A DNA stretch of 64,000 nt from positions 123,262,584 to 123,326,583 of the forward strand of contig JARDVH010000001.1 in the NCBI GenBank assembly GCA_030324005.1. Direction: 5' to 3'. The position numbers and the translations under genes were made by a program. The notes under the pieces are model-generated. The model was not told where the DNA came from. It saw only the letters and a program-made list of their open reading frames with translations, and ran no database searches. How positions within the stretch are numbered: the first letter of the stretch is position 1; every line of letters starts with the position of its first letter. The stretch is from Negaprion brevirostris. Its lineage: Eukaryota. Of the stretch, positions 23,910 through 37,105 are shown piece by piece.

Positions 23910-24852
23910 TTTTGATTTATTATTAACGTATAGTGGAAAGTATTGTTTCTTGCACGCCATACAGATAAAGCATACTGTTCATAGAGAAGGAAACAAGAAA
24001 GTGCAGAATGTAGCATTACAGTCATAGCTAGGGTGTAGCGAAAGATCAACTTGATGTAAGGTAGGTCCATTCAAAAGTCTGATGGCAGCAGGGAAGAAGC
24101 TGTTCTGGAGTCGGTTGATACATGGTCTCAGTCTTTTGTATCTTTTACCTGATGGAAGAAGTTGAAAGAGACAATGTCCAGGGCATGTGGGGTCCTTAAT
24201 TACATGGCTGCTCTGCCAAGGCAGCGGGAAATATAGACAGAGTCAATGGATGGGAGGCTGGTTTGCGTGATTAATTGGGCTACATTCATGATCTTTGTAG
24301 TTTCTTGCAGTCTTGGGCAGAGCACGAGCCGTACCAAGCGATGATACAACCAGAAAGAATGCTTTCTATAGTGTACCTGTAAAGGTTGATGAGGGTCATC
24401 GTTGACATGCCAAATTTCCTTAGTCTTCTGAGGAAGGAGAAGCATTNNNNNNNNNNCAGGACAGGTTGTTGTGAACTGGACACCTAAAAACTTGAAGCTC
24501 TCGACCATTTCTACTTCATCCCCACTGATGTAGACGGGGCATGTCCTCGACTACACTTCCTGAAGTGGCAATCTCCTTTGTTTCATTGACATTTAGGGAG
24601 ATATTATTATCGCCGCACCAGTTCACCAGATTCTCTATCGCATTGCTGTATTTTGTCTCATCGTTGTTTGAGACCCAACCCACTNNNNNNNNNNNNNNNN
24701 NNNNNNNNNNNNNNNNNNNNNNNNNNNNNNNNNNNNNNNNNNNNNNNNNNNNNNNNNNNNNNNNNNNNNNNNNNNNNNNNNNNNTTTGAGACCCAACCCA
24801 CTACAGTGGTGTTGTCAGCAAACTTAAAAATTGAAGTGGAAGGGAATTTGGC
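23910..24852 (-). mobile_element. Rex1/Babar-like (L2 group) LINE 3' portion, gapped
   Basis: Encodes KFADNTTVVG, MVESFKFLGV and FLRRLRKFGM...YRYTIESILSGCIIAWYGSCSAQDCKKLQR (DUF1891-type C-terminus), then a 3' tail. Confidence 0.8.
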
Positions 24853-25528
24853 CAGCTTTTGTGCACCTCTCATTATCTTAACCATCACTGCAAGACAAGG
24901 GCTGTCAGCTCCAGCTAGTTATTCAGGCCATGCAAATCGTACACGCTTTGTTGTGCTCTTGCTTAGCCAAATGCCAGCAATCAAAAATGTCTGGCATAGA
25001 TTATGCTGAGATTACAAAATTAAAGCTTTAGAATGAAGCAATTTTATGGCCACAAAAGGGCAAAATTTTAGAGTTTAAAAATTTAGAACAACTAGGGCAA
25101 ATGAAAAAGCGATTAGAATTCAACTAAGGCACTAACGCTGTACTTGTCCTTCCTTAGAAGGTATGGAAGCCTATAGGTCAGGAACCTGTAATGGTAGGAA
25201 CTTTCGAAGCTGGAGGAAAGCTGAGCTAGTTTCTATGATACACGTACTAAGATTTATCAGAAGGAGATCGGCAGCTGTCATCATCCAGCATCAGGTCAGA
25301 AGGGATCTTTTATAGCCATGCTCAGAATATGATTTTCCTCAGAATCAATTACCAAGTTCCTACAGAACGTGACAAAGCAATTTACTGTTGTATCCATCAG
25401 CCTGACTGGAAATGGAATGGGGTGGGGCCAGAGATAAATGTTCCAACTGAGCTACGGCCATATCAAAACATCAATAGCAAATGGATGAGAATATGCAACA
25501 TTGTTGATTTACATTTTTTAAACACATC

Positions 25529-25916
25529 TGTTATGATCTAGGCCAGAAACTCCAACGTAGTTTATGAAGATAGCCTAACTCNNNNNNNNNNNNNNNNNNN
25601 NNNNNNNNNNNNNNNNNNNNNNNNNNNNNNNNNNNNNNNNNNNNNNNNNNNNNNNNNNNNNNNNNNNNNNNNNNNNNNNNNNNNNNNNNNNNNNNNNNNN
25701 NNNNNNNNNNNNNNNNNNNNNNNNNNNNNNNNNNNNNNNNNNNNNNNNNNNNNNNNNNNNNNNNNNNNNNNNNNNNNNNNNNNNNNNNNNNNNNNNNNNN
25801 NNNNNNNNNNNNNNNNNNNNNNNNNNNNNNNNNNNNNNNNNNNNNNNNNNNNNNNNNNNNNNNNNNNNNNNNNNNNNNNNNNNNNNNNTGAAAGTAAACA
25901 TAAGAAATAAAACTCG

Positions 25917-25995
<79 letters not shown>

Positions 25996-26398
25996 TGTGT
26001 GTGACACAGCCTGCTTCCACCAGCTTCTAACAGCAGCTCACAGAGAGCAGAATTTCCAACTCCAGAGAGGGGAAAACATGAGATATTGCTTTCTGTCTCA
26101 AGTCCAAAGAACATCTGAGAAATGAAACTAAAGACCCCAACTCCAGGGAAAGGGGAAAAGCACTGTTGCTGCTCTCCAATTCAAGCTACTACCGAAAAGC
26201 CAAACTAAAAACTTGGGACTTTTCTTGGGAGAAAAAAAAACTATCCTCAGGCATCAACTGACCTGTCAATCAAGCTCCACTCAGCAATCCCAAGGCATCA
26301 TTAAAAACCACAGGACCCTGCATTAGTCCAGATTAAAATCAACAGCATTATATTGCTTCAGTAACAATTAGAGGGCACCAGCAACAAACATTATGACA
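25529..26398. mobile_element. Probable solo LTR (Gypsy-like) containing a gap and a (GA)n tract
   Basis: Termini TGTTATGA...TTATGACA (TG...CA with an imperfect inverted repeat). No clear target-site duplication. Confidence 0.45.
25921..25995. repeat. (GA)n microsatellite
   Basis: Direct read. Confidence 0.95.
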
Positions 26399-26926
26399 CC
26401 AATAAAATTTTGCAAAGGAATTGCTTGAATAACCTGCAGAAAAACATGATTAAAATACATTTCTTAAAGGCACAGTATTGTCACACATTACTGTTTATTA
26501 CATCCTTTATCTACAGTATTTGACATTTTTAAAACAAAACTAAGCATGGCAAATAGGAACTCAAAGAATAGAATCTTTCTGTGACAATCTTAACCACAAA
26601 ATATAAAATAATGCAGAAGGGGGAGGAGAGCTAGGGAGGACAAACTTTTGTGTTTATCCGTCTTAATGCATGAAGCCCTATATCTGGTTGCACTGAGAGA
26701 CTCTCAACAAATGTGTTAGTATGTTTGTATGGAATTCCTCGTCCCTTATTTTAGTTATGGTGGTTTATCTCCTTCACTGAAGTAACGTTGAAAGGAATTC
26801 ATATGGAAATATGCTAATACATTTGTTTGAATATCACATAGCAGGTTCCAACTATAACCACTCTGCTGACTACGACTTAATTCTTCTTAAACAAATGGAT
26901 CTCTGCTGTTTTCAGCATTTTCTTAC

Positions 26927-27006
26927 CTCAAGACAAGCTGCAACATAACATCCTCACAATTCAGATTGATAAGGGTTCTGAACAGGGCCAGAGATACGAC
27001 ACACAA
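26927..27006 (-). CDS. FHIP1A: FHIP1A coding exon, LCVVSLALFRTLINLNCEDVMLQLVL(R) (not in the ORF track)
   Basis: Read manually: gacag|TTG TGT GTC GTA TCT CTG ... GTC TTG AG|gtaaga. 80 nt, phase 0-2. It joins the next exon as AG|G TAT (RY). Confidence 0.93.
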
Positions 27007-27583
27007 CTGTCAGAAGAATTTAAAAAATAATCAGGTTGTGATTGACATCACTTGACACTTCCATAAACAAAAGTGGTTTATTTGTGATGAATATTGGTTA
27101 ATCCTGAGAAAAACCTTGCAATTTTTAACGAAGTATAAATGTATTCATCATGACATTTCAACCGTATATGTTACTATAGTGACGTTTCTTATTGCTTTTC
27201 CAGCCTTTTGCATGAAAATGCAGAAGAACTAACAAAATGATGATTAATCTATTACTGTATGCAATACTGTAAAATTCGGCACATTGCTTGCACCTGGATG
27301 GATTAATCCATTGGGAACCCTACATTATTAAGTGGAGCCCCAATCTTTATCTACGTTGTATAATACAGTAAAAGGTCACAACCCACTATGCAGGTGTCAG
27401 TCTTGATTCAATTGGAGTTAAGTGGTCATGAATTCAATCCTCACCCCAGTGACTTGAGCATATCATCTCGGTTAATAATTTGTTTAAGTACTCTCAGAGC
27501 TCATCACTTTATTCCAAGGAAAGCAGGGAAGTTCTTCCAGTGTCCTATTCAACAATTATCCTTCAATGAACATCACTATGAGT

Positions 27584-27881
27584 GGCATGGTGGCACAGTG
27601 GTTAGCATTGCTTCCTCACAGCGCCAAGGACCTGGATTCGATTCCTGGCTTGGGTCGCTATCTGTGTGGAGTCTGCACGTTCTCCCCATGAGGGTTTCCT
27701 CCAGATGCTCCATGTTTCTCCCACAGTCCAAAAGATATGCCGGTTAGGTGCACTGACCATGCTAATTTTTCCCTCAGGGTATCCGAACAGGTGCTGGAGA
27801 ATGGTTAACTTGGGGATTTTCACAGTAACTTCATTACAGTGTAAACCTACTTGTGATGCTAATAAATAAACTTTAACTTTA
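27584..27881 (+). mobile_element. HE1-type V-SINE inserted into an older Deu-SINE (~27400-27580 and ~27882-28015)
   Basis: Complete SINE head, V domain and tail. The flanks join to give Deu-like ccagtgtcct...catcact|aaacagattaaatggtcatt. Confidence 0.8.
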
Positions 27882-28152
27882 AAACAGATTAAATGGTCAT
27901 TGATCCAAAATTTACTGCTGCATTTCTCCTGAAGTAATACACAACAATTTACAATTTATTGGTCGTGGAGAGTTTTGGGACATTTCGGGATTGTGCAAAA
28001 TAATTTATAAATCCAAGCTCTCTCTATACACTGATCTAACAGTGGTGGCACAGTGGTCAGCACTGCTGCCTCACGGCACCAGGGACCCAGTTCAATTCCG
28101 GCCTCAGATGACTATCTATGTGAAGTTTGCACATTCCTTCCACAGTCCAAAG

Positions 28153-28442
28153 ATAAAGTTTAAAGTTTATTTATTAGTCATAAGTAAGGCTTACATTAAC
28201 ACTGCAATGAAGTTACTGTGAAATTCCCCTAGTCCCCACAGTCTGGCACCTGTTTGGGTCAATGAACCTAACCAGCACGTCTTTCAGATTGTGAGAGGAA
28301 ACCGGAGCACCTGGAGGAAACCCACACAGATACAGGGAGAATGTGCACACTCTGCACAGACAGTGACCTAAGCTGGGAGTCAAACCCAGGTCCCTGGCGC
28401 TGTGAAGCAACAGTGCTAATTATTGTGCTGCCGTGCTGCCCC
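28153..28442 (-). mobile_element. HE1-type V-SINE, tail-to-tail with an internally deleted plus-strand copy at 28041-28152
   Basis: Reverse SINE head (cagtgctaattattgtgctgccgtgctgccc) and V domain. Confidence 0.85.
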
Positions 28443-29918
28443 ATGTGCTGTGTTTTGTCTCCTTGCAGGACAAGAGAACACAGAACTAGAGGAGAGGCAG
28501 AGACCAAACTCACCACCATTTGACCTGGGGTGGGATTGGGCCTCCAATGACAGACATCTTACTGGCTGTTGACAATTTGTGTCCGCCTGCTCCATTGGGA
28601 AGGAGACCTTGTGTCGCTGGTCTCACCTCCTTCCAGCTGGATCTCAATGTTTATCCCCTAGCTCTGTCCTTTAGAGAGGCATGAGGCTGAAGGCAGCTAA
28701 TATTGCTTCTAGCGTGGCTCCTGCTACTGGTGGTACTTTTTGGTGTTGGTGCTGGTCTTGCTTCTGCACTTTCTTCTCAGCAGAGATGCAGGATAGAACT
28801 GCATAGGCTTCTGCTCGTGTGACGAATGCTGGCAGTTGGAAAATCTAACTGAAGTTGAGTGAAGTATTGGGCAGCTGAAGTGCTTTCCCAAAAGTTGAAA
28901 AGCTGTCAACATAGATTGACTTTCTGGAAGAAGCTTTGAACAACATCCTTTCAATGACCTGGCTAGACTTTGCAGTGTACCTGAGCAAAACCTTCCTCGC
29001 TTGACCTTTTCAGTGAGGAAGCACTCCCTGCTGTTCACGCACCTTGATGATCTGGTGAAGTGCAGATGCAATGTGGAAGCCATGCACTTTGGGGAAAGAA
29101 GGACTTCATGTTTAAAAAAAAGCTCTTCATTGCCTTTTTCGTCACCTCCATTATTTTGCTATCAGACCCCAGAGGGTTCTTTGTAGTATTTAAAGTAGGA
29201 AAAGCAGAACGAGGAACGGATGACATTGGATTCCTGACCTGACATCATTTTCCACTTGCCCCACCTAACTGAGAAATTTCTACCCAATGTTATGTCGATG
29301 ATATAGAACAGAGCACAGACTGAAAAGTTACCCAGCCCTTTAAAAAACATGCTCAAATAGGCACGATGCATGTTTTAAACAGCAGAAGTCAAAATTGAGT
29401 GCCTGCAAAAATAATGTAATGTATGAAGTATTTTGATTTGATAAGACATTGTAGTTTGAAGTCACTGCACCCACTCTCCCAGTAGGATGCATGCTCCGAG
29501 GGAGTTTAGGTCAGAGATAGGGTTGCAACACTGTACCTCCTATCAACATTTGACTTGAAGTACAGTTCAGTGCTCAGTCTGCAGGATTAGTGAGTTCATC
29601 CTTTTATTTACTTTCTCTTTTAAATGTGAGGCGCCATTGTGCTTTTGGTATTTCTGTTCTTATTTCAGCACAGGATTTCTTTTTCATTTTTATTCAAGCT
29701 TGCGTATCTTCTATTTATCATTGCAAATAAATCAGGTGCTCTTTCTTTCTAGTTTACCAGAACCAAAATGATTAGTACGGTCAGAAAATCTCACAGAACT
29801 AACTCCCCAGACTTATCCNNNNNNNNNNNNNNNNNNNNNNNNNNNNNNNNNNNNNNNNNNNNNNNNNNNNNNNNNNNNNNNNNNNNNNNNNNNNNNNNNN
29901 NNNNNNNNNNNNNNNNNN

Positions 29919-30163
29919 TATTAGTCATAAGTAAGGCTTACATTAACACTGCAATGAAGTTACTGTGAAATTCCCCTAGTCGCCACACTCTGGTGCCTGT
30001 TTGGGCCAATGCATGTAACCAGCACGTCTTTCAGACTGTGGGAGAAACCGGAGCACCCAAGAAAACCCATGCAGACACAGGGAGAATGTGCAAGCCTGGA
30101 ATCGAATGTGTGTCCCTGGCACTGTGGGGCAGCAATGCTAACCACTATGCCACCGTGCTGCCC
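29919..30163 (-). mobile_element. HE1-type V-SINE, abutting a plus-strand SINE 3' part at ~30164-30362
   Basis: Same tail as 28172-28240. Reverse head aaccactatgccaccgtgctgccc. Confidence 0.85.
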
Positions 30164-32699
30164 ACAGATGTACAGATTAGATAGATTGGCCACGCTAAAT
30201 TGACCCTTAATGTCCCAAGATTAGGTGGATCAGCCATGGTAAATATTACAGGGTTACAGCGTTAGGGCGGAGGGGAGAGCCTGGATGGGATGCTCCTTTG
30301 TAGAGTCAGTGAGAACTTGATGAGCCAGATATCCTCTTCTGCACTGTTGGGATTTTATGGTTCTAGCTACCCATATGCATACATAAATAAACTGGGATTG
30401 GAAATAAGTCCAATAAAAAATATCTGACTGATCAGTGAGATTTTATGAACAGAATTAATAAACATACAATACAAAAATGTAATTTATGTCATTTAAAAGG
30501 CATTTAACCTGTCTTTTGTCCAATGTGCCATTTTTCATTTTTGCAAATGTTGAAACAGGACATAACATTGTCCTCCATGGATTATTTATTGATAATGCAA
30601 AGGGAGAAATAATACTGTGAATGCTGTATTTCTAAAACATTCCCTTATTTAATGTGAGAAAGTAATGTAGTTATTAACATTACTTTGAGCTAGGAACATA
30701 GACATTTGGGGTATGGGGCCCAGTTCATCCTTCTTCTTAGATATAAAAGTTCTGTCATTTTCAGTGGCAATTCCCTTCATTTTCTCCATGTCCTAAATGC
30801 TCCTCCTTCCTAAGTAAGTGCATCTTTCTTTTAAAAACCTCAATTGATCTGCCTTCAATGTCTTTTTTAAGCAATGGATTCCACTTTCGTGCATCCCTTT
30901 GAAGGGAGAGATTATCTTCCCTGGTTTCATTTTTATTTGACTGAGGTTTTAAGATTACAGCCTGGAATTTCCTTGGAGCAACTCCCATGCTATCAGCTAA
31001 CTTCTTCAAAGTGCAGTGAAAATTTTATTCCGGCGTTTTCCAAATTCTGATGATGGAGTGTGAGCAGTCCAAGAAAATTCAAAGTCACTGTGCCATTATT
31101 CTAGATCCCTCTGCTGTCTCCTCCCATCCAGGCAGGTAGCCAGCCAAAATTGTTTAAACTAGTCTCATCACAGAAATTTCTCCAGGAACCATAATAGTCA
31201 GATCAGGTAGTTACAAAAAAGACACCCAATCAACATTACAAGGAATTTCCACCAAAGCAGATATTTGGGTGACTAAGACCAACACGAGTGAAACATAGTG
31301 ACTTTTATGCATACACAAAAGCCATGTTACTTCATGGATCCATGGACTATTAAGTAATTTTTTTCCTTTGACCTTCCTATCTCAACTGGATCCTGGATTG
31401 ATTCTCAGGGACTGACATTGTAGTGTCTTTTTGAACTGCATGGACAGAGAGAAAAACTCTCATTTTAATCTAATGATAGATCAATGAATCAAATCCATTC
31501 ACTGTCCATTAATGTTGCCCCACATTATTTTGAAATATCCTTAACAATAACGAGCAGAGTTTCTATTTCATTTTTCACACATGCTTAATATCCTACTGCC
31601 ACCTCTACAGAATGGAAACTCACGCAAGTCTATGTCCTCAGTTCCCACACAGTGCTGGCTGATCACTTTTTGACAAGTGAGACACAGTTACATATTTCTA
31701 ATCAAGTCAGTGCCTTATCACTGCCAAGAGTTTTATTTCCTTGTCCATTTTTTTTTCATTAAAAGAGAAAAGGCTAATGAAATTCAAGAAGAAGAGGAAA
31801 ACTAATAAATGGGTGGGAAGAAATGATGTCAATAATTGCTTTAGTAAACCCAGCTCTTTTCTTGTGTACATTTTACATGTGAAGTGATTTGATTGAGGTG
31901 TAAGTGATTAAGAAAGATTTAGATATAGTAGACAAAGCAAAGCTGTTCTCATTAGCTGATCCTACAATGACTAGGGAACACAGATTTAAGGGTGAATGGG
32001 GTGGAGGGGAGGTGGGGGTGTTGGTGATGTGAGAAAGATATTTTTTATATGCTGAGTGATAATGATCTAGAACTCTTTGGGGGACAAAGACAACCAATGG
32101 TTTGAAAAGGAAATTGAAGGAGAGAAGCCTAGAGGGCTATAGGCACGGAATAGGAGAACAGGACAGATTGGAATGTTCTGGAGATTTGGCATGGGGTCCA
32201 TGGAATGAATGGCCTCCTTCTGTACAACTATTAATCTGCGACCCTGTCTCACCCCCAAAGACTTGCTCTGTGCCAGTGTCCCACTTACTTGACATCACTC
32301 TTGCTCAATTCTATCTGCTCACCCAGGATTCAAGCTGTTTCACCACAATCACAGCTACTCTCATATACAAGCTAAAGTCCAGTAAAGCATTGCCTCAACA
32401 GACAAGTTGCCTTTGCTCCTATGGATAGGTTCTTGAAATTTCATCCCAACCAAATATCGATATAGGTAAGTGGAAATGAAGCTTAAGTTCTAATTTCCTA
32501 ATACTTGACACCCTAAGCTTAGGGTGGTTGACTTTCCAGGGTTGGATTGGAGTTACCAGGAATTTGAAAATTGATCTCTGGGTCACTGCTGCAAACAAGC
32601 CTGGAAAAAAATAGCAGGAACATTACCGATATTTGTTAATTTCTTTGAACACTTCTATTTATTCATGATAAAAATACTGGAAATGGGAGAAACACTATT

Positions 32700-33240
32700 T
32701 GAGAATCTAGAATCATCCAGTTGGGTTTTGGTCCCCTTACAAAACTGCATTCAAAGCAGTTCAGAGAAGGTTCACTTGACTGATTCTTGGAGTAAGGAGG
32801 GTTGTCATTTGAGGAAACATTGGAAAGGTCGGGCTTGTATCCATTGGACTTTAGAAGAATACGGGTGACCTTATTGAAATACAAGATACCGAGGTGATTT
32901 GACAGACTGGATGCTGAAAGGATGTTTCCCCTTGTGGGAGAGACTAGAACTAAGGGAAATCATTTAAGAATAAGGGTTTCCAATTTAAGATGGAGATGAG
33001 GAGAATTTGTTTCCCTCAGAGGGTGGTTAGTCTGTGTAACTCTCTTCTCTGGAAAGAGGTGGAGGCAGGATCATTGAATATTCTTAAGGTTGAATGAGGT
33101 AGGCTTTTGACTGACAAGGGAGTTGAAGAGTACGGCGGTAGGAAGGTAAGTGCAGTTGAGACTACAGTCAGATCACGTATAATCTTATTGAATGGCAGAG
33201 GGACCAAATAGCCTACTCCTGCTCCTAATTTGTATTTTCA
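32700..33240 (+). mobile_element. CR1 LINE 3' fragment
   Basis: tttagaagaatacgggtgaccttattgaa...gagatgaggagaattt...gcctactcctgctcctaattt. Confidence 0.75.
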
Positions 33241-34381
33241 TTTGGGTAATGAGTCTTTTTTGCTTTCCAGTTGGTGTGGGAAGGCAGTATTTTATGAGGG
33301 TGGGTTGTATTGGTGTCCAAAGATGGGAGATTGCAGTGGGCTAGTTGGAGGTAGATGACCATGTGATGAAATCTCCAACAATACATCCAACCGAAGGTGA
33401 CAACCCTACTCTAGCTTCACAAATATCTGGTCAACAATGACCACCTAGCTTGCTAATTAAAGAAGAGTTAATGGTTTAGCTTTTTGAATAAGTTAGACCA
33501 AACTATTTTATACAAGATACATTCTTTGGATTTAACATCACTGATCACTCCTTTAACAGAAAACCCCAGAGAACAATCACTGTTTTCAATTTTCATGTTA
33601 CAACATGGTTTCCACATCTTTGGAAAGACCAAGAATAAATATCCTACTGATTAATAGCTTAAGTTATAAATCACCAAACAGATTTATTTAATGGTAAGCA
33701 GGTAGCTAAATTATTTTAAATACAAACAACAGATTTACAGTAAATATATGAACTTACTAATCCGCATCAGAACATCAAAAAGAATAAGGGAGATTCTCCT
33801 GCACTAACTCTCATTGTATTTGTGATCAGAAGTACAATCTCTGACCAATACTATGTTGGTGGTTCACTACAGACCCCTGCATGGCTTCCCTGATCTGCGT
33901 CCACTCGATGGCTTCAGAATGATTGCAAGTTTGGTGCAAGTTAGCTAGAGATACAGCCTTCAAATTCTGCAAATACAGATGAGAATAAAACACTTTTTTA
34001 ACGTAACTCTCATAACTAAACTAAGTGGTCAAAAATTCAGTGAATTGTTTCCCTCTAGAAGTACAGCCGCCAATCAAACATACCTCAGATGCCTCATTGT
34101 TGAGTATTTTTAAGGATGAGACAGGCAGATCTTTGCTCTTTCACAGAATCAAGGAATACAGGGAACAGACAGGAAACTGGAGTTGAGGTTCAAAATTAGC
34201 CATGACTGTATTGAATGGCAGGGCAGATTCAGTGGGCTACGTGTCTATTCCTACTCCTATTTCTTACGCTCTTCTACACTTTTAAAGACCCACAAAAAGC
34301 ATCTTTGAAATAAATGACCTGGCCACTATCAAGCAACAAATGATCCTCATCCACCTTAACACTGTCCAAACAATTCTACCA

Positions 34382-34893
34382 GCCTGAATTTTTAGGATGT
34401 TAGGTGCTGAAGAGCCAATAGAGAAGATGTCCTTGCAGACTCCAGCAGCATAATGCCATACTACACTCTAACAAGCATTGATTGGCACAAGGCAGGACTT
34501 CCAGCCCTCACTCAGGAGCCTTGGAGATTGGCCAGTAACTCTCCAGCAACAGTGCAGCAGTGGATAGAAGAGGTGCTGAATGGTTGCCTGACATCAAGTC
34601 CTGGGAACTGGATGGCAAGTAGTGACAGGGGTCTCAGGGGAGGGGAGGGTTGCAAAGGGTCTCATGGGGGAAGAGGCAATCTGGAGGTCACAGGAACTTA
34701 AGGGAACGACTTCCCCCGTCAGAAGGGGGCTCCTAATGGTGGGCCACCACATCTCCTTCCTGCCCAGCCTAAAAATCGAGGCTGAGTAGCTAACAGCATT
34801 TAGGTGGCCATTCATTGAGCACTTAAAGGTCTCATGTGGGGCAAGGACAAGCTTCCTGTCCGAGGTTTTGCCCACTCCAGCGTGAAATTGCTG
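34382..34893. mobile_element. Non-autonomous DNA transposon, same family as 49428-50266
   Basis: Ends gcctgaattttt and gtgaaattgctgc. Internal blocks (ggacttccagc, taaaaat.gag.ctg) are shared with 49428-50266. Confidence 0.5.
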
Positions 34894-34934
34894 CATTGTC
34901 AGAGAGAGCAGGAACCTGGAGGAAATACCTTAGA

Positions 34935-35238
34935 GGGGCGGCATGTAGGCACAGTGGTTAGCATTGCTGCCTCACAGCCCAGGAACCTGGGTTCAATCCC
35001 AGCTTTGCATCACTGTCTGTATGGAGTTTGCACGTTCTCCCCCAGTCTGCATGGGTTTCTTCCCACAGTCCAAAGATGCGTGGGTTAGGTTGACTGGCCA
35101 TGCTAAATTGACACTTCATGTCGGGGGGATTAGCAGGGTAAATATGTGGAGTTACAAGGATAGGCCTGGGTGGAATTGTGCTCAGCGCAGAATTGATGCA
35201 CTGAATGGCCTCCTTCTGTACTGTAGAGATCCTATGAT
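34935..35238 (+). mobile_element. HE1-type V-SINE with a CR1-like tail
   Basis: Head ggcacagtggttagcattgctgcctcacagc and tail tgaatggcctccttctgtactgtagagatcctatga. Confidence 0.85.
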
Positions 35239-36729
35239 TAAAAATTCCATCCATACAATTTCACCCTTCACCCGTCCACCTGCTTCAGAACCACCCGGGG
35301 TTGTTAAATTCCGCCCTCATTGAATTGGCTGGGTCATTTTTGCTAAAAGAACCTGTTTTATTTCTAACTGGGGATAGAATTTTGATTAAAGACACAAATT
35401 GAGCTGCTGGTCAGGCAGGATTAATACCACATAACAGCATCAAAATGAAGCAATGTTCCCTTTATGTTGTATCGCCAGCTAGCAGCCCAGAAGCCCCTGT
35501 ACACACTGAGCACATGTTGGCCCTAGAACTTAGTGTGTGTGCACAACTGCACAAATAATTTTAATCCTGCACATTTAAATGANNNNNNNNNNNNNNNNNN
35601 NNNNNNNNNNNNNNNNNNNNNNNNNNNNNNNNNNNNNNNNNNNNNNNNNNNNNNNNNNNNNNNNNNNNNNNNNNNNNNNNNNAGATAGGAGCTGCCAAAA
35701 AGTTACTCACCTTGTGCAGTTTGCTATCCCACTGAGGGACTGGTAGTGCTGTGAAGGCAGCAGAACATGCTGCCCTTTCCTAGGAGGTCAGCACATTTGT
35801 TTCTGCACCACCCTTTCAATCAATAACTGCATGGTACAACTCAGCTGGGGCAGATTGCCCCAGCAACTGCTGTGGTACAACAACCCAAAATTGGGCCTCC
35901 AGCCTTGAACAACCAGAAGTCATTACTTATGAACATCATGAAGAACAGCAGCCCTCGAGCCACCAGCAGAGCATCTTTTAGAGTAGCAGGGTTAGGAATA
36001 ATTTTACTTTAGTGTTAGGATGAAAGCAAAAAGAACCATAGAAATAAATGGAGAAATTTTGGACTTTATAGAGACCTGAGTTTTTTTTTAAATGGACACA
36101 AACCCAAAGATGGTTAAGAATGTACAGTTAGCCACTGACAGGCAGGGTGTTTCTCGAAGGGGTAGTGGAACCGCTCCGACTGATTCCACACAAGGTCATT
36201 CCAAAATATTTCAAAGACTGATTACTATCCCCAGAAAAGACAAAGAAACATAACGGCTAATCCAGCTAAAATACCCTGTTTGTAGGTACCAGAAGCAATA
36301 TCTCTGCAAAACAGAAGTAGCCATTTTTTGCATAAATATCTTAAACTCTGTCTGTGGAATGCAACCAGCCAGCAAAAAGGGATTGCAGCTGGAAAAAAGA
36401 ACCAAAATATTTCTCAAACCACAGAACACCTCAACCAAAGAATCAACTATTGATCAGTAGAAGTCAACTATACTGGAATCAATTTGTAATGGCCTTAACA
36501 TTTCATCATCAAAGGTCCTATAAAAAGAGTTACAAAACAGACTGCGTCCCTGTGGGGTTAAAACAGTGATGGATGGGAACATACTGAGAATGCTGCATTG
36601 AATATGATCAGCCATGATCAAAATGAATGGTGGTGCAGTCTTGAAGGGCCGAATAGCCTACTCCTACTTTTATTTTCTATGTTTCTATGTTTAGTACATG
36701 ATTACTATTTCAATGAAATTCAAATGGTT

Positions 36730-37105
36730 CAATCAAGCAGACACAGCATGGATTCATGAAGGGAAAGTCATGTTTGACGAATTTACTGGATTTTTATGAA
36801 GACGTAACGAGTGCGGTTGACAGAGGGGAACCGGTGGATGTGGTGTTTTTAGATTTCCAGAAGCTGTTCGATAAGGTGCCTCACAAAAGGTTGCTGCAGA
36901 AGGTTAGGGTACACGGAGTTGGGGGTAAAGTGCTAGCATGGATTGAGGATTGGCTATCTAACAGGAAGCAGAGAGTTGGAATAAATGGGTGCTTTTCCAG
37001 TTGGCAGTTGGTGACAAGTGGTGTGTCACAGGGATCGGTGCTGGGGCCTCAACTGTTTACCATATACATAGACGATCTGGAGGAGGGGACCGAGTGTAGG
37101 GTAAC
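36730..37105 (+). mobile_element. Young CR1 (HER1-like) RT fragment running into a gap of about 950 N
   Basis: Open frame [19 protein letters not shown]...[15 protein letters not shown]...[20 protein letters not shown], with CpGs retained. Confidence 0.9.

Noticed and set aside
25531-26114. ORFs with SLSLSL runs
   Set aside because: The (GA)n microsatellite plus an N gap.
28724-29242. Cluster of short ORFs as a nested gene or transposase remnant
   Set aside because: No recognisable motif or convincing splice-site pair.
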